Made by a program: the position numbers and the translations under genes
Assembly: GCF_900114455.1 (NCBI RefSeq)
Contig: NZ_FOTC01000002.1
Span: 217,012 to 281,011, forward strand
DNA length: 64,000 nt
Source of the DNA: Halogranum rubrum
GTDB taxonomy: Archaea > Halobacteriota > Halobacteria > Halobacteriales > Haloferacaceae
Direction of reading: 5' to 3'
Part shown: in pieces, positions 28,636-37,377 of the stretch
Layout: the number at the start of each line of letters is the position of its first letter
Position numbering within the stretch: position 1 is the stretch's first letter
Notes under the pieces: generated by a model
Database searches by the model: none
The model's input: the letters and a program-made list of their open reading frames with translations, nothing else
Told to the model about the DNA's origin: nothing

Positions 28636-30390
28636 ATGAGAAACGCGAAAATCGTCTGCACACTCGGTCCGGCCTCAGACGACCGGACGACGATTCGCGA
28701 GCTCGTCGACGCCGGGATGTCGGTGGCGCGACTCAACGCCAGTCACGGAACGCCCGAACACCGTGCGGAGGTCATCGACCGTATCCGTACCGTCGACGAA
28801 GCGACTGCGAAACCGGTCGCCGCGATGGTCGACCTGCAGGGTCCGGAAGTCCGTACGGCACCGCTCGAGGGCTCTATCGTCCTCGAAACAGGCTCCGAAG
28901 TCCGATTCGTCGAAGGCGACGAGGCGACGTCCGAAACGGTCGGTCTGTCGTACTCCATCACCGCCGCCGAAGCGGGAGACACCATCCTGCTCGACGACGG
29001 TCGTATCGAAGCGACCGTCACTGGTGTCGACGCCGACGGCGTCGTCGCCCACATCGACTCGGGTGGCGAACTCGGCGGCCGGAAGGGAGTCAACCTGCCG
29101 GGCGTCGACCTCGACATCGACCTCATCACGGAGGGCGACCAAGCGGAGTTGGAGGTTGCCGCCGAGAAGAACGCCGACTTCGTCGCGGCGAGTTTCGTCC
29201 GCTCGGCGAAAGACGTCTACGCCATCAGCGACGCACTCGAAGAACTCGGTGCGGACATCCCCATCGTCGCCAAAATCGAGCGCGCCGGTGCGGTCGACAA
29301 CCTCGAAGAGATCGTCGACGCCTCGTACGGCGTGATGGTCGCTCGCGGTGACCTGGGTGTGGAGTGCCCGCTCGAAGACGTGCCGATGATTCAGAAACGA
29401 ATCATCCGCACCTGTATCGACGCCGGCGTCCCCGTCATCACGGCGACGGAGATGCTCGACTCGATGACGCACTCGCGTCGACCGACCCGCGCAGAGGCCT
29501 CGGACGTCGCCAACGCCGTCCTCGACGGGACGGACGCGGTGATGCTCTCGGGTGAGACGGCCATCGGCGACGACCCGGTTCGGGTCGTCGAGACGATGGA
29601 CCGCATCGTCCGCCAAGTCGAGTCCAGCGGCGAGTACAAAGAGAGCCAAGAACAGCGCGTGCCGACCGCCGGTGAGGACTCCCGAACGGAAGCACTCGCT
29701 CGCTCCGCCCGCTATCTCGCTCGCGACATCGACGCCGCCGCCGTCGTCGCGGCGTCGGAATCCGGCTACACCGCCCGCAAGACGGCCAAGTTCCGCCCGG
29801 GCGTCCCGGTCGTCGCGACGACGCCGAACGACCGCGTCCGTCGCCAACTCGCCCTCTCGTGGGGTATCAACGCCGAGTACGCCGAGTACACGCAGGGTGT
29901 CGACTCCATCATCGACAACGGTGTCTCGGCCGCTCTCGACGCCGGTGTCGCCGAGAGCGGCGACACGGTCGTCGTCCTCTCGGGGATGATGACCGAGTTG
30001 GAGGGGACGAACACGACGAACATGCTGAAGGTCCACGTCGCCGCCGAAGCGGTGGCGACGGGCCGAAAGGTCGTCGGTGGCCGCATCTCGGGACCGCTCT
30101 ACCGCGTCACCGACGGCGAACTCCGTGGCGTGCCAGACGGTGCGATACTCGCGGTTCCCGCCTCGTTCGAAGGCGAGTTCACCGGCGACGTCCAGAAGAT
30201 TTCGGGCATCGTCGACGCTCGTGCCGGGATGACCGGCTACCCGGCGCTCGTCGCCCGCGAACTCGACATCCCGATGATTTCGGGCGCACCGTTGCCCGAC
30301 GAACTCGCCGACGGCGAGACGGTCACACTCTACGCCGAACGCGGTGTCGTCTACGAGGGCGACATCATCAAGCACCAACAACAGCGGTAG
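28636..30390 (+). CDS. pyk: pyruvate kinase with C-terminal PEP-utilisers mobile domain
   Basis: True start ATG 28636 (MRNAKIVCTLGPAS). The track ORF begins upstream at 28465. K+/Mg2+ site motifs and a C-terminal PEP-utilising (phosphohistidine-like) domain. 584 aa. Confidence 0.93.
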   Translation: MRNAKIVCTLGPASDDRTTIRELVDAGMSVARLNASHGTPEHRAEVIDRIRTVDEATAKPVAAMVDLQGPEVRTAPLEGSIVLETGSEVRFVEGDEATSETVGLSYSITAAEAGDTILLDDGRIEATVTGVDADGVVAHIDSGGELGGRKGVNLPGVDLDIDLITEGDQAELEVAAEKNADFVAASFVRSAKDVYAISDALEELGADIPIVAKIERAGAVDNLEEIVDASYGVMVARGDLGVECPLEDVPMIQKRIIRTCIDAGVPVITATEMLDSMTHSRRPTRAEASDVANAVLDGTDAVMLSGETAIGDDPVRVVETMDRIVRQVESSGEYKESQEQRVPTAGEDSRTEALARSARYLARDIDAAAVVAASESGYTARKTAKFRPGVPVVATTPNDRVRRQLALSWGINAEYAEYTQGVDSIIDNGVSAALDAGVAESGDTVVVLSGMMTELEGTNTTNMLKVHVAAEAVATGRKVVGGRISGPLYRVTDGELRGVPDGAILAVPASFEGEFTGDVQKISGIVDARAGMTGYPALVARELDIPMISGAPLPDELADGETVTLYAERGVVYEGDIIKHQQQR

Positions 30391-30461
30391 AACAGGCGAA
30401 AGAGCGGGAGCGAGAGCGTGAGCGTGAGAGAATGAAAGAGTGAGAGAACGGCGGTAGCCCT
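30391..30461. repeat. purine-rich GAGCG/GAGAG low-complexity tract downstream of pyk
   Basis: gagcgggagcgagagcgtgagcgtgagagaatgaaagagtgagagaa is almost pure purine on the + strand. Confidence 0.6.
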
Positions 30462-30686
30462 TTGACTCCCCGTCTCCTACGTCAGTGTATGCAGAATCCC
30501 TCCGACGACTCATCTGAGGACTCCGAGTGGCAGTTCAGTGTCGACGAGGTCGGTGAAGAAGCGGCGAACGAACCGACAGAGGAGCGGACGCTCCCGCCGC
30601 TGGAACCCGGTGACCCGTCGTTCGAAAACGCGCTGTTCGTCCTCATCGGCGTCGTGGGGACGCTCCTGCTGTTCGTGTCGCTGTGA
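30462..30686 (+). CDS. small acidic protein with C-terminal transmembrane anchor; first gene of NfeD-stomatin operon
   Basis: 74 aa (or 65 aa from ATG 30489). D/E-rich N-terminus and the hydrophobic tail ALFVLIGVVGTLLLFVSL. Its stop overlaps the NfeD start (GTGA). Confidence 0.45.
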   Translation: MTPRLLRQCMQNPSDDSSEDSEWQFSVDEVGEEAANEPTEERTLPPLEPGDPSFENALFVLIGVVGTLLLFVSL

Positions 30687-31306
30687 GAACGCTTAATCCG
30701 GACCGCTCCCTCGGATTCGGTATGGGACTGCCGCTCGTCGCCCTCCAACTCGACTTCCTCGACCCAGCGCTGCTGCCCCTCTTGTTGATCGTCGCCGGTA
30801 TCGGTCTCTCACTCGCGGAGGCGCTGGCACCCGGTGCGCACTTCGTCGTCCTCGGCGTCGCACTCCTCGCCGCCGGACTCGTCGGGCTACTTCTCGGCCC
30901 ACTCGCCGGCCCTATCGTCCTCGCACTCTTGGTGTTTCTGTTCGGCGCACTCGCGCTCTACGGCTACCGCGAGTTCGACATCTACGGCGGAAAGGGGACG
31001 GGCCAGACGTCGGATTCGGACTCCTTGAAGGGCAAAACTGGCCGAGTGACGGAACGCGTCACACCGACCGACGGCGAGATAAAACTCGACAGTGGCGGGT
31101 TCAACCCCTACTACGCGGCACGCTCGCTGCACGGCGAGATTCCCGAAGGGACCGAAGTGATGGTCGTCGACCCCGGCGGCGGCAACGTCGTCACCGTCGA
31201 GTCGCTGGACCTCGTCACCGAAGACGAAATCGACCGCGAACTCCGGAGAGGAAGAGAGGCCCGAGGCGAAGAACGGCAGCGAGAAGAAGAGACCGAACGG
31301 GCCTGA
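30683..31306 (+). CDS. NfeD-family membrane protein (short form, OB-fold C-terminus)
   Basis: N-terminal TM helices. C-terminal beta-barrel segment (GKTGRVTERVTPTDGEIKLD...EGTEVMVVD) typical of NfeD. Lies upstream of an SPFH gene. Alternative start ATG 30722. Confidence 0.75.
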   Translation: MRTLNPDRSLGFGMGLPLVALQLDFLDPALLPLLLIVAGIGLSLAEALAPGAHFVVLGVALLAAGLVGLLLGPLAGPIVLALLVFLFGALALYGYREFDIYGGKGTGQTSDSDSLKGKTGRVTERVTPTDGEIKLDSGGFNPYYAARSLHGEIPEGTEVMVVDPGGGNVVTVESLDLVTEDEIDRELRRGREARGEERQREEETERA

Positions 31307-31340
31307 TTCGCTCACTCCAGCCTCGTACTGTCATTCCGTC

Positions 31341-31386
31341 GCCCGATTCGGGCAAAGCCTTATTTAACCAACATCCGAAGCTTCGG
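31341..31386. promoter_or_regulatory. two perfect palindromes (GCCCGATTCGGGC and CCGAAGCTTCGG) flanking a TATA-like ccttatttaacc upstream of the SPFH gene
   Basis: Read directly. The second palindrome ends 2 bp before ATG 31389. Confidence 0.4.
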
Positions 31387-31388
31387 GT

Positions 31389-32612
31389 ATGGACCCCGTA
31401 TTGCTCCAGATAAACGTCCTAGGTGGTGCCGCCGTCTTCGTCGGCCTCCTCCTCTTGCTACTCGCCATCGTCGTCGTGTACTCGATGGTCGAGATCGTCA
31501 ACGCGTACGAGAAGCGTGCGCTGACGGTGTTCGGCGAGTACCGCAAACTGCTCGAACCGGGTATCAACTTCGTCCCGCCGTTCGTGTCTCGAACCTATCC
31601 GTTCGACATGCGGACGCAGACGCTGGACGTCCCCCGACAAGAAGCGATCACGAAAGACAACTCGCCGGTCACCGCCGACGCCGTCGTCTACATCAAGGTG
31701 ATGGACGCGAAGAAGGCGTTCCTCGAAGTCGAGGACTACAAGACCGCCGTCTCCAACCTCGCCCAGACGACGCTCCGCGCCGTCCTCGGTGACATGGAAC
31801 TCGACGACACGCTCAACAAGCGTCAAGAGATCAACGCCCGCATCCGCCGCGAACTCGACGAACCAACCGACGAGTGGGGGATTCGCGTCGAGTCGGTCGA
31901 GGTGCGCGAGGTCAACCCGAGCGCCGACGTCCAGCAGGCGATGGAACAGCAGACCTCCGCCGAGCGTCGCCGCCGTGCGATGATTCTCGAAGCACAAGGT
32001 GAACGCCGCAGTGCTGTCGAGCAGGCAGAGGGTGAGAAACAGTCGAACATCATCCGCGCACAAGGGAAAAAGCAGTCGCAGATTCTCGAAGCGCAGGGTG
32101 ACGCCATCTCGACGGTCCTCCGCGCGAAATCCGCCGAGTCGATGGGCGAACGCGCCATCATCGACAAGGGGATGGAGACGTTGGAGAAGATCGGACAGGG
32201 CGAGTCGACGACGTTCATCCTCCCGCAGGAGTTGACCTCCTTGGTCGGTCGCTACGGCAAACAGTTGACCGGCAGCGACGTCCAGGAGAATCAAGGACTC
32301 AGTTCGATGGACTTCGACGAGGAGACCCGCGAACTCATCGGTCTGGACGACATCGAGAAGATTCTCGGCGAAATCGACAGCGCCGCCGAGATGGACGTCC
32401 AGCAACTCGAACAGGAGGCAGAGGCCATCAAGTCCGGCGAGGGCGTCGACATGAAGAGCGCCGACGAAATCATCGAAGAAGCCAACGAGGAGGACTCGAT
32501 GCAGAGTGCCGACGAAGTCGTCGACGAGGGCGACTCGTCACCGTCGTCACAGCCGGCGCAGAAAGACGGTCAGACGGCCGAAGACGACGAAGAGATGGAA
32601 CTCAACAAATAG
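31389..32612 (+). CDS. SPFH/band-7 (stomatin-like) protein with long acidic C-terminal tail
   Basis: 407 aa. N-terminal TM. SPFH core (VVYSMVEIVNAYEKRALTVFGEY...). Coiled-coil EAQG repeats. D/E-rich tail. Confidence 0.9.
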   Translation: MDPVLLQINVLGGAAVFVGLLLLLLAIVVVYSMVEIVNAYEKRALTVFGEYRKLLEPGINFVPPFVSRTYPFDMRTQTLDVPRQEAITKDNSPVTADAVVYIKVMDAKKAFLEVEDYKTAVSNLAQTTLRAVLGDMELDDTLNKRQEINARIRRELDEPTDEWGIRVESVEVREVNPSADVQQAMEQQTSAERRRRAMILEAQGERRSAVEQAEGEKQSNIIRAQGKKQSQILEAQGDAISTVLRAKSAESMGERAIIDKGMETLEKIGQGESTTFILPQELTSLVGRYGKQLTGSDVQENQGLSSMDFDEETRELIGLDDIEKILGEIDSAAEMDVQQLEQEAEAIKSGEGVDMKSADEIIEEANEEDSMQSADEVVDEGDSSPSSQPAQKDGQTAEDDEEMELNK

Positions 32613-32665
32613 TTCCATCGGCCAAGCGAAGCCTTTTATTTCTTCAATCCCGTAGCTCGTAACAG

Positions 32666-33277
32666 ATGCCCGATAGAGTCGACGAGGAGAAACGGGCGAC
32701 GCTTCGTCGCTTCGCCGCACTCGGCGCGGCGACGCCTTTCGTCGGGAGCCTCCGCGACGACGGCGACGACGAGCGCAGAAGCGACGCTCGCGACGCCATC
32801 GTCGGCTACGTCGGTGCGACACCCGGAGCGCACTTCTCGAAACTCCGTGACGACCTGAAACTCGGGACGGGTGAGACCCAACACCACCTCAAGCGACTGC
32901 TCTCCGACGGTGTCGTCGAGTCCCGCCGCGACGGCGACTACCGTCGGTTCTTCCCGGCCAACCGTTTCTCGCCGTTCGAACAGACTGCACTCGGCTACCT
33001 CCGGCGACGGACGCCCCGCGGGATGCTCATCGAACTACTCAGAACCCCCGAAGCGACGGGAACCGACCTCGCAGCGTCGCTGGACGTTTCACGGGCTACC
33101 GTGAGCAACTACGCCAAGCAACTGGAAGCAGCGAACCTGCTCTCCAGAGAGAACGGCTACGCCGTCGAATCCCCAGAGACGGTCATCACCCTATTGCTTC
33201 GGTACGCCGACTCCTTCGGTGAGGACGCCGCCACCTTCGCCGCCGAAGCCGACTCGCTCATTCGGTTCGACCCCTGA
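32666..33277 (+). CDS. dual winged-helix transcriptional regulator with twin-arginine-like N-terminus
   Basis: 203 aa. RRFAALGAATPF motif near the N-terminus. Two HTH segments (AHFSKLRDDLKLGTGETQHHLKRLLSDGVV and GTDLAASLDVSRATVSNYAKQLEAANLL). Confidence 0.6.
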   Translation: MPDRVDEEKRATLRRFAALGAATPFVGSLRDDGDDERRSDARDAIVGYVGATPGAHFSKLRDDLKLGTGETQHHLKRLLSDGVVESRRDGDYRRFFPANRFSPFEQTALGYLRRRTPRGMLIELLRTPEATGTDLAASLDVSRATVSNYAKQLEAANLLSRENGYAVESPETVITLLLRYADSFGEDAATFAAEADSLIRFDP

Positions 33278-33427
33278 CAGTCCGTCTCTGCCCCTGACGT
33301 CTCCGTAGTCTGACCGTTCGTGACCGGTGGCGCTGGCTTTTCGGGGACGGTTCGTACGGAGAGAACTCTCTCGTCGGAATCGGCGGATACGCAGAAAGAG
33401 ACGACAATGACGGCCCGACGGGAGTGC

Positions 33428-33664
33428 TCAGACGCTGACCTTCCACGTCGTGCCCGAGGAGTAACCCCACTTCTCGACGGCGACGTCGTGGTCGCTGGAC
33501 AGGATTGCACGCATGTTCGCTCCGACTTCTTTGGCGGTGAGGTCCAAGTCGTCGGCGATGAGCCGGGATTTGAAGTACGTCTTCGTCTGTCCTTCCTCGC
33601 GGAGGTACTGCAGGATGCGCTGTTGTTTGTCGGTGAGAGTGGTGGTGGCGACGGTGGCGCTCAT
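33428..33664 (-). CDS. small HTH DNA-binding protein (78 aa)
   Basis: Start ATG 33664 (MSATVATTTLTDKQQRILQYLREEGQTKTYFKSRLIADDLDLTAKEVGANMRAI). Winged-helix-like. The track ORF 33428-33871 is over-extended. Confidence 0.55.
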   Translation of the reverse strand: MSATVATTTLTDKQQRILQYLREEGQTKTYFKSRLIADDLDLTAKEVGANMRAILSSDHDVAVEKWGYSSGTTWKVSV

Positions 33665-33951
33665 ACTTCTTGCAAGGACGGTTCCGCTATTAGGGGATTT
33701 GGTACAGCCGGTTAACACGCCGCAGTCATGCGGTTTTCGGCGGACAGTGTAGTGGTGTCGTCGCTGGGAGACTCCGAGCGGGTACAATCGCCTAACACTC
33801 ACAGCACGCCTCGACGCATCTCTGTCGTGCCAGAAAGAGGAGCGACTGCATTTCGTGCGTCTCATTGCCATGGGGACGTGGAATGTTACCTTTCAGTTGG
33901 GCAGGATGTGGTCAGAAAGTTCATAGCCCCGAGTGCTACATCTAGTACTCA

Positions 33952-35829
33952 ATGAGTAGCTCGCATCAGGCGAGTCCTGTCGTTACCTCGACACGGAACG
34001 TCGAGGTCAGTGTCGTTCTCCCTGCGTACAACGAAGAGAAGACTATCGAGAGCACGGTTCAGACGACACTCGAGACACTGGGGTCGTTCCTACCGGACGA
34101 CGCCTACGAAGTACTCGTCGCCGAAGACGGGTGTGACGACCGGACACCAGAGATTGCCGACCGCCTCGCGGCCGCAGACGACCGCGTCCGCCACTTCCAC
34201 AGCGCCGAACGACTCGGACGTGGCGGCGCACTCGAACGCGCCTTCGAGGCGGCAGACGGCGAGGTTCTCGTCTACTTCGACACGGACCTCGCGACCGACA
34301 TGAAACACCTCGAAGAACTCGTCGAGCACGTTCGCTCCGGCGAGTACGACGTCGCCACCGGGTCGCGGTGGATGCCCGACAACGTCGCGAACCGACCGGC
34401 GAAGCGCGGCGTCCCGAGTCGCTTCTTCAACCTCTTCGTCCGCTTCTTCCTCCGGTCGGACCTCCGGGACCACCAGTGTGGATTCAAGGCGTTCAGCCGA
34501 GACGCGTTCAGGCTCCTTCGCGACGACGTGAAGGACAACCACTGGTTCTGGGACACCGAGATGCTCGTCCGCGCACAGCGCTCGGGACTCCGCGTCGCGG
34601 AGTTCTCCGTCGACTGGGAACCGAAAGGAGACACGAAAGTCGACCTCGTTCGCGACGTCTTCGGGATGGGGAGTCAAATCCTCCGGACGTGGTGGGAACT
34701 CTCCGTGGAACCGCGCATCGACCGGAAGGTGTCGATGGCCGCGGGCGTACTGATGACGCTCGTCGCACTCGCGCTGATGACGGTCTACATCGACTTCGAG
34801 CAGGTGCTCGCACGGATGGCCGAGGCCGACCCGACACTCGTCGGGGCGGCGGCGCTCGTCTACCTGCTCTCGTGGCCGATTCGTGGATTGCGCTACCGCG
34901 ACATCCTCGCAGAACTCGGCTACCCGAGTAGTCCGAAGTTCCTGACCGGGGCCATCTTCATCAGCCAGACCGGGAACCTCGTCTTCCCGGCACGCCTCGG
35001 TGACGGTGTCCGTGCCTACGTCGTGAAGGCACGACGTGGCGTCCCGTGGCCCTCGGGATTCGCGTCGCTCGCCGCAGAGCGTGTGTTCGACCTGCTCTCG
35101 CTCGTCGTCCTCGCAGGGACCGTGCTCGTAGGCCTGACGCTGACGGGCGGGACGGCCGACCTCGTCGAAGGCATCTTCGGCAGTGGAGCAGTCGGAACCG
35201 TCGACCGTGGCGCGGCCCGCGTCGCGACTGGTGTCGCGGCGTTCGTCGGTATCGCTGCTATCGTCGCCGTAGGTGCCATCGTCGCGAGTGCGCGTTCCGA
35301 CACCCAACTCATCCGGCGGACGATTGCGCGCGTCAGTACCGACTCGTACGCCGACTCCGTCGCCAGCGTCATCGAACGCTTCGTCAGCGACCTACAGCGG
35401 GCCGCCGGGACGCGCGAGGCGTTCGCCCGCGTGGGACTCTCGAGTCTCTCTATCTGGGTGCTCGACGTCGTGACGGCGTTCCTCGTGTTGCTCGCACTCG
35501 GCGTCGACGTCGGGGCTAGCGGCGTCTCGCTCGTCTCGCTCGTCGCCGTGTCGTTCTTCGCGGTCAGTGTCGGAAACCTCGCGAAGGTGCTCCCGCTCTC
35601 GCCGGGTGGTATCGGGCTGTACGAGGCCGCGTTCACCGTCCTCGTGGTCGCGCTGACGCCCATCGCCGCACCGGTCGCACTGGGTGCGGCGTTCCTCGAC
35701 CACGCTGTGAAGAACCTCGTCACCGCCGCGGGTGGAATCGTCTCGATGGCGTCGCTCAACGTCTCGCTGACGACGGCCGTCGAGGAGTCGACCGACATCT
35801 CCGATCAGGTCGAGACGGCACAGGACTGA
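33952..35829 (+). CDS. GT2 glycosyltransferase (dolichyl-phosphate hexose synthase-like) fused to a C-terminal multi-TM flippase-like (LPG-synthase TM/UPF0104) domain; AglD-like
   Basis: 625 aa. N-terminal GT-A fold (VVLPAYNEE...LVAEDGCDDRT...YFDTDLATD, DXD). C-terminal domain of about 8 TM. Architecture and neighbourhood (aro/trp, tfb) match Haloferax AglD. Confidence 0.8.
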   Translation: MSSSHQASPVVTSTRNVEVSVVLPAYNEEKTIESTVQTTLETLGSFLPDDAYEVLVAEDGCDDRTPEIADRLAAADDRVRHFHSAERLGRGGALERAFEAADGEVLVYFDTDLATDMKHLEELVEHVRSGEYDVATGSRWMPDNVANRPAKRGVPSRFFNLFVRFFLRSDLRDHQCGFKAFSRDAFRLLRDDVKDNHWFWDTEMLVRAQRSGLRVAEFSVDWEPKGDTKVDLVRDVFGMGSQILRTWWELSVEPRIDRKVSMAAGVLMTLVALALMTVYIDFEQVLARMAEADPTLVGAAALVYLLSWPIRGLRYRDILAELGYPSSPKFLTGAIFISQTGNLVFPARLGDGVRAYVVKARRGVPWPSGFASLAAERVFDLLSLVVLAGTVLVGLTLTGGTADLVEGIFGSGAVGTVDRGAARVATGVAAFVGIAAIVAVGAIVASARSDTQLIRRTIARVSTDSYADSVASVIERFVSDLQRAAGTREAFARVGLSSLSIWVLDVVTAFLVLLALGVDVGASGVSLVSLVAVSFFAVSVGNLAKVLPLSPGGIGLYEAAFTVLVVALTPIAAPVALGAAFLDHAVKNLVTAAGGIVSMASLNVSLTTAVEESTDISDQVETAQD

Positions 35830-35866
35830 ACGCCACTTTCACTCTCTTTCGCTCCCTTCTCTCGCG

Positions 35867-36391
35867 CTACTCTCCGCCGTAGAGCTCCGTCACGAACGGC
35901 CCAGACGCACCCGCGAGTGCCGTACCGAGTGCCGTCTCGCGGTCGATTCGTCCACCGGAGAGCGCGCCCGCTGCACCCTCTCTCTTCGCGATTTCGTTCG
36001 TTCCGAGTACGTCGTCCATCACCGGACCGAGTTCTTCCCCAGTACGAATCCGAGTCGCGATACTGGCCGGAAGTTCGAGACTCGGTCCGGCACCGTGACT
36101 GACGACGTCGCCGTCGGTCATGGCCGCCCACATGACGAGAAAGAGACCGTCTGTTCCTTCGAACTCGGCGACACCGCCTTCCAGACCGACGCCGTAGTCG
36201 AAGCGGTCTGACGTGTCCGATTCGAGGACGGCGTGGGCACGGTTCTCCGCCCCGCGAACCGTCTCCTCGTGACCGACCGGTTGTTCGCTCACGCCGGAGT
36301 CGACGGCGACGGCACGGACCGTCGCCTCGGGGAACGTCGATTCGACCGCTCGCCGCTTTACGGGGTTACCACTGCCGACACCGATGTGCAT
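35867..36391 (-). CDS. inosine/xanthosine triphosphatase (YjjX/DUF84-family non-canonical NTPase)
   Basis: 174 aa from ATG 36391 (MHIGVGSGNPVKRRAVESTF). The track merged it into a 397-aa ORF. DUF84 motifs. Confidence 0.75.
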   Translation of the reverse strand: MHIGVGSGNPVKRRAVESTFPEATVRAVAVDSGVSEQPVGHEETVRGAENRAHAVLESDTSDRFDYGVGLEGGVAEFEGTDGLFLVMWAAMTDGDVVSHGAGPSLELPASIATRIRTGEELGPVMDDVLGTNEIAKREGAAGALSGGRIDRETALGTALAGASGPFVTELYGGE

Positions 36392-36413
36392 ACGGGCGGT
36401 GGCCTCCCGAAGA

Positions 36414-37160
36414 CTATCGTGCTGTCGGAATCGCCCCGTGGAGACGCTCGGCCAACGTCTCGATGCCGTCGACGAGACGGGGACTCGGTTGGTTGAGAAG
36501 CGAATCGTCGAGGACGTGCACGTCGGCGTCGAGGTCCCACCCTCTCGACTCGACACGCTCCGGGTCGACCCGCTGGCCGTGTCCGCAGATGTGGAGGACG
36601 ACGTGGTCGGGGTCGGCCGCGGCGACAGTCGACGCTGCGACTTCTCGCGAACGCTCACCGGCATCGACGAAGGGGTAGCTGCCACCTGCGGCCTCGACGG
36701 CGTCGGGAACCCAGTTGCCGGCGGCCATCGGCGGGTCGGACCACTCCTCGCAGTAGACGACCGGGCGGTCACGGTCCTCGACGTGGCTGGCGACTCGGTC
36801 GAGGCGACGGCGAGCGTCCGCGACGAGTCGTTCCCCTGCGTCCGGTCGTCCGACCGCCGCTCCGAGTGTCTCGAAACTGTCCAACGTCTCGTCGAGCGTC
36901 GTCGGTTCGGTGTGAACCACGTCGAACCCCTCGTCGCGAAGGTCGTCACGAATCTCCTGCTGAAGGTCGTCGCAGGTGCAGACGACGTCGGGGTCGAGGT
37001 CGGCGAGGCGGTCGACGTCCGGGTTGAGCCATCCACCGACGACCGGCCTGTCGAGGTCACAGTGAGTCGTGACGCCGACGACGAGGGCTGCCGCGTCCAT
37101 CGCCCCGAGCGTCGCCGTCGCGCTCGGAGCGAGCGAAACCACGCGTGGTCCGTCTGTCAT
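36414..37160 (-). CDS. BtuF-like (cobalamin/Fe-siderophore type III periplasmic-binding-protein fold) protein without signal peptide
   Basis: Start ATG 37160 (MTDGPRVVSLAPSATATLGAMDAA.LVVGVT). Helical-backbone PBP pattern. Confidence 0.7.
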   Translation of the reverse strand: MTDGPRVVSLAPSATATLGAMDAAALVVGVTTHCDLDRPVVGGWLNPDVDRLADLDPDVVCTCDDLQQEIRDDLRDEGFDVVHTEPTTLDETLDSFETLGAAVGRPDAGERLVADARRRLDRVASHVEDRDRPVVYCEEWSDPPMAAGNWVPDAVEAAGGSYPFVDAGERSREVAASTVAAADPDHVVLHICGHGQRVDPERVESRGWDLDADVHVLDDSLLNQPSPRLVDGIETLAERLHGAIPTAR

Positions 37161-37377
37161 GACAATGTGTCGTCGAGCGGGCGACAAACATCCATCGGCT
37201 CAGCTGTGGTATTTAATTGTTTCCTCGAAATCACACTACTCCGCCGATACACTGCTAATATAGCTAGTTTTTAGTTAACAACCGTAGCTCTTATATATCT
37301 GCTCTCCTTCTGTCGGGTAAGGATCGCACCGGGTTTTTTCAGGCAACTCGCCCCCGGGAGCGCCCGCCGTCCCATCC

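Noticed and set aside
28675-30513. 612-aa ORF antisense to pyruvate kinase
   Set aside because: pyk is strongly supported. The antisense product is Arg/Asp/Val-rich without motifs.
34090-35307. 405-aa ORF antisense to the AglD-like GT2 gene
   Set aside because: The sense strand encodes a recognisable GT-A fold plus TM domain. The antisense is low-complexity.
35867-37060. 397-aa merged ORF spanning the YjjX NTPase and part of the BtuF-like gene
   Set aside because: Only the C-terminal 174 aa (from MHIGVGSG) match a protein family. The upstream part is Ser/Thr/Arg-rich shadow of the BtuF-like gene, which is in another frame.
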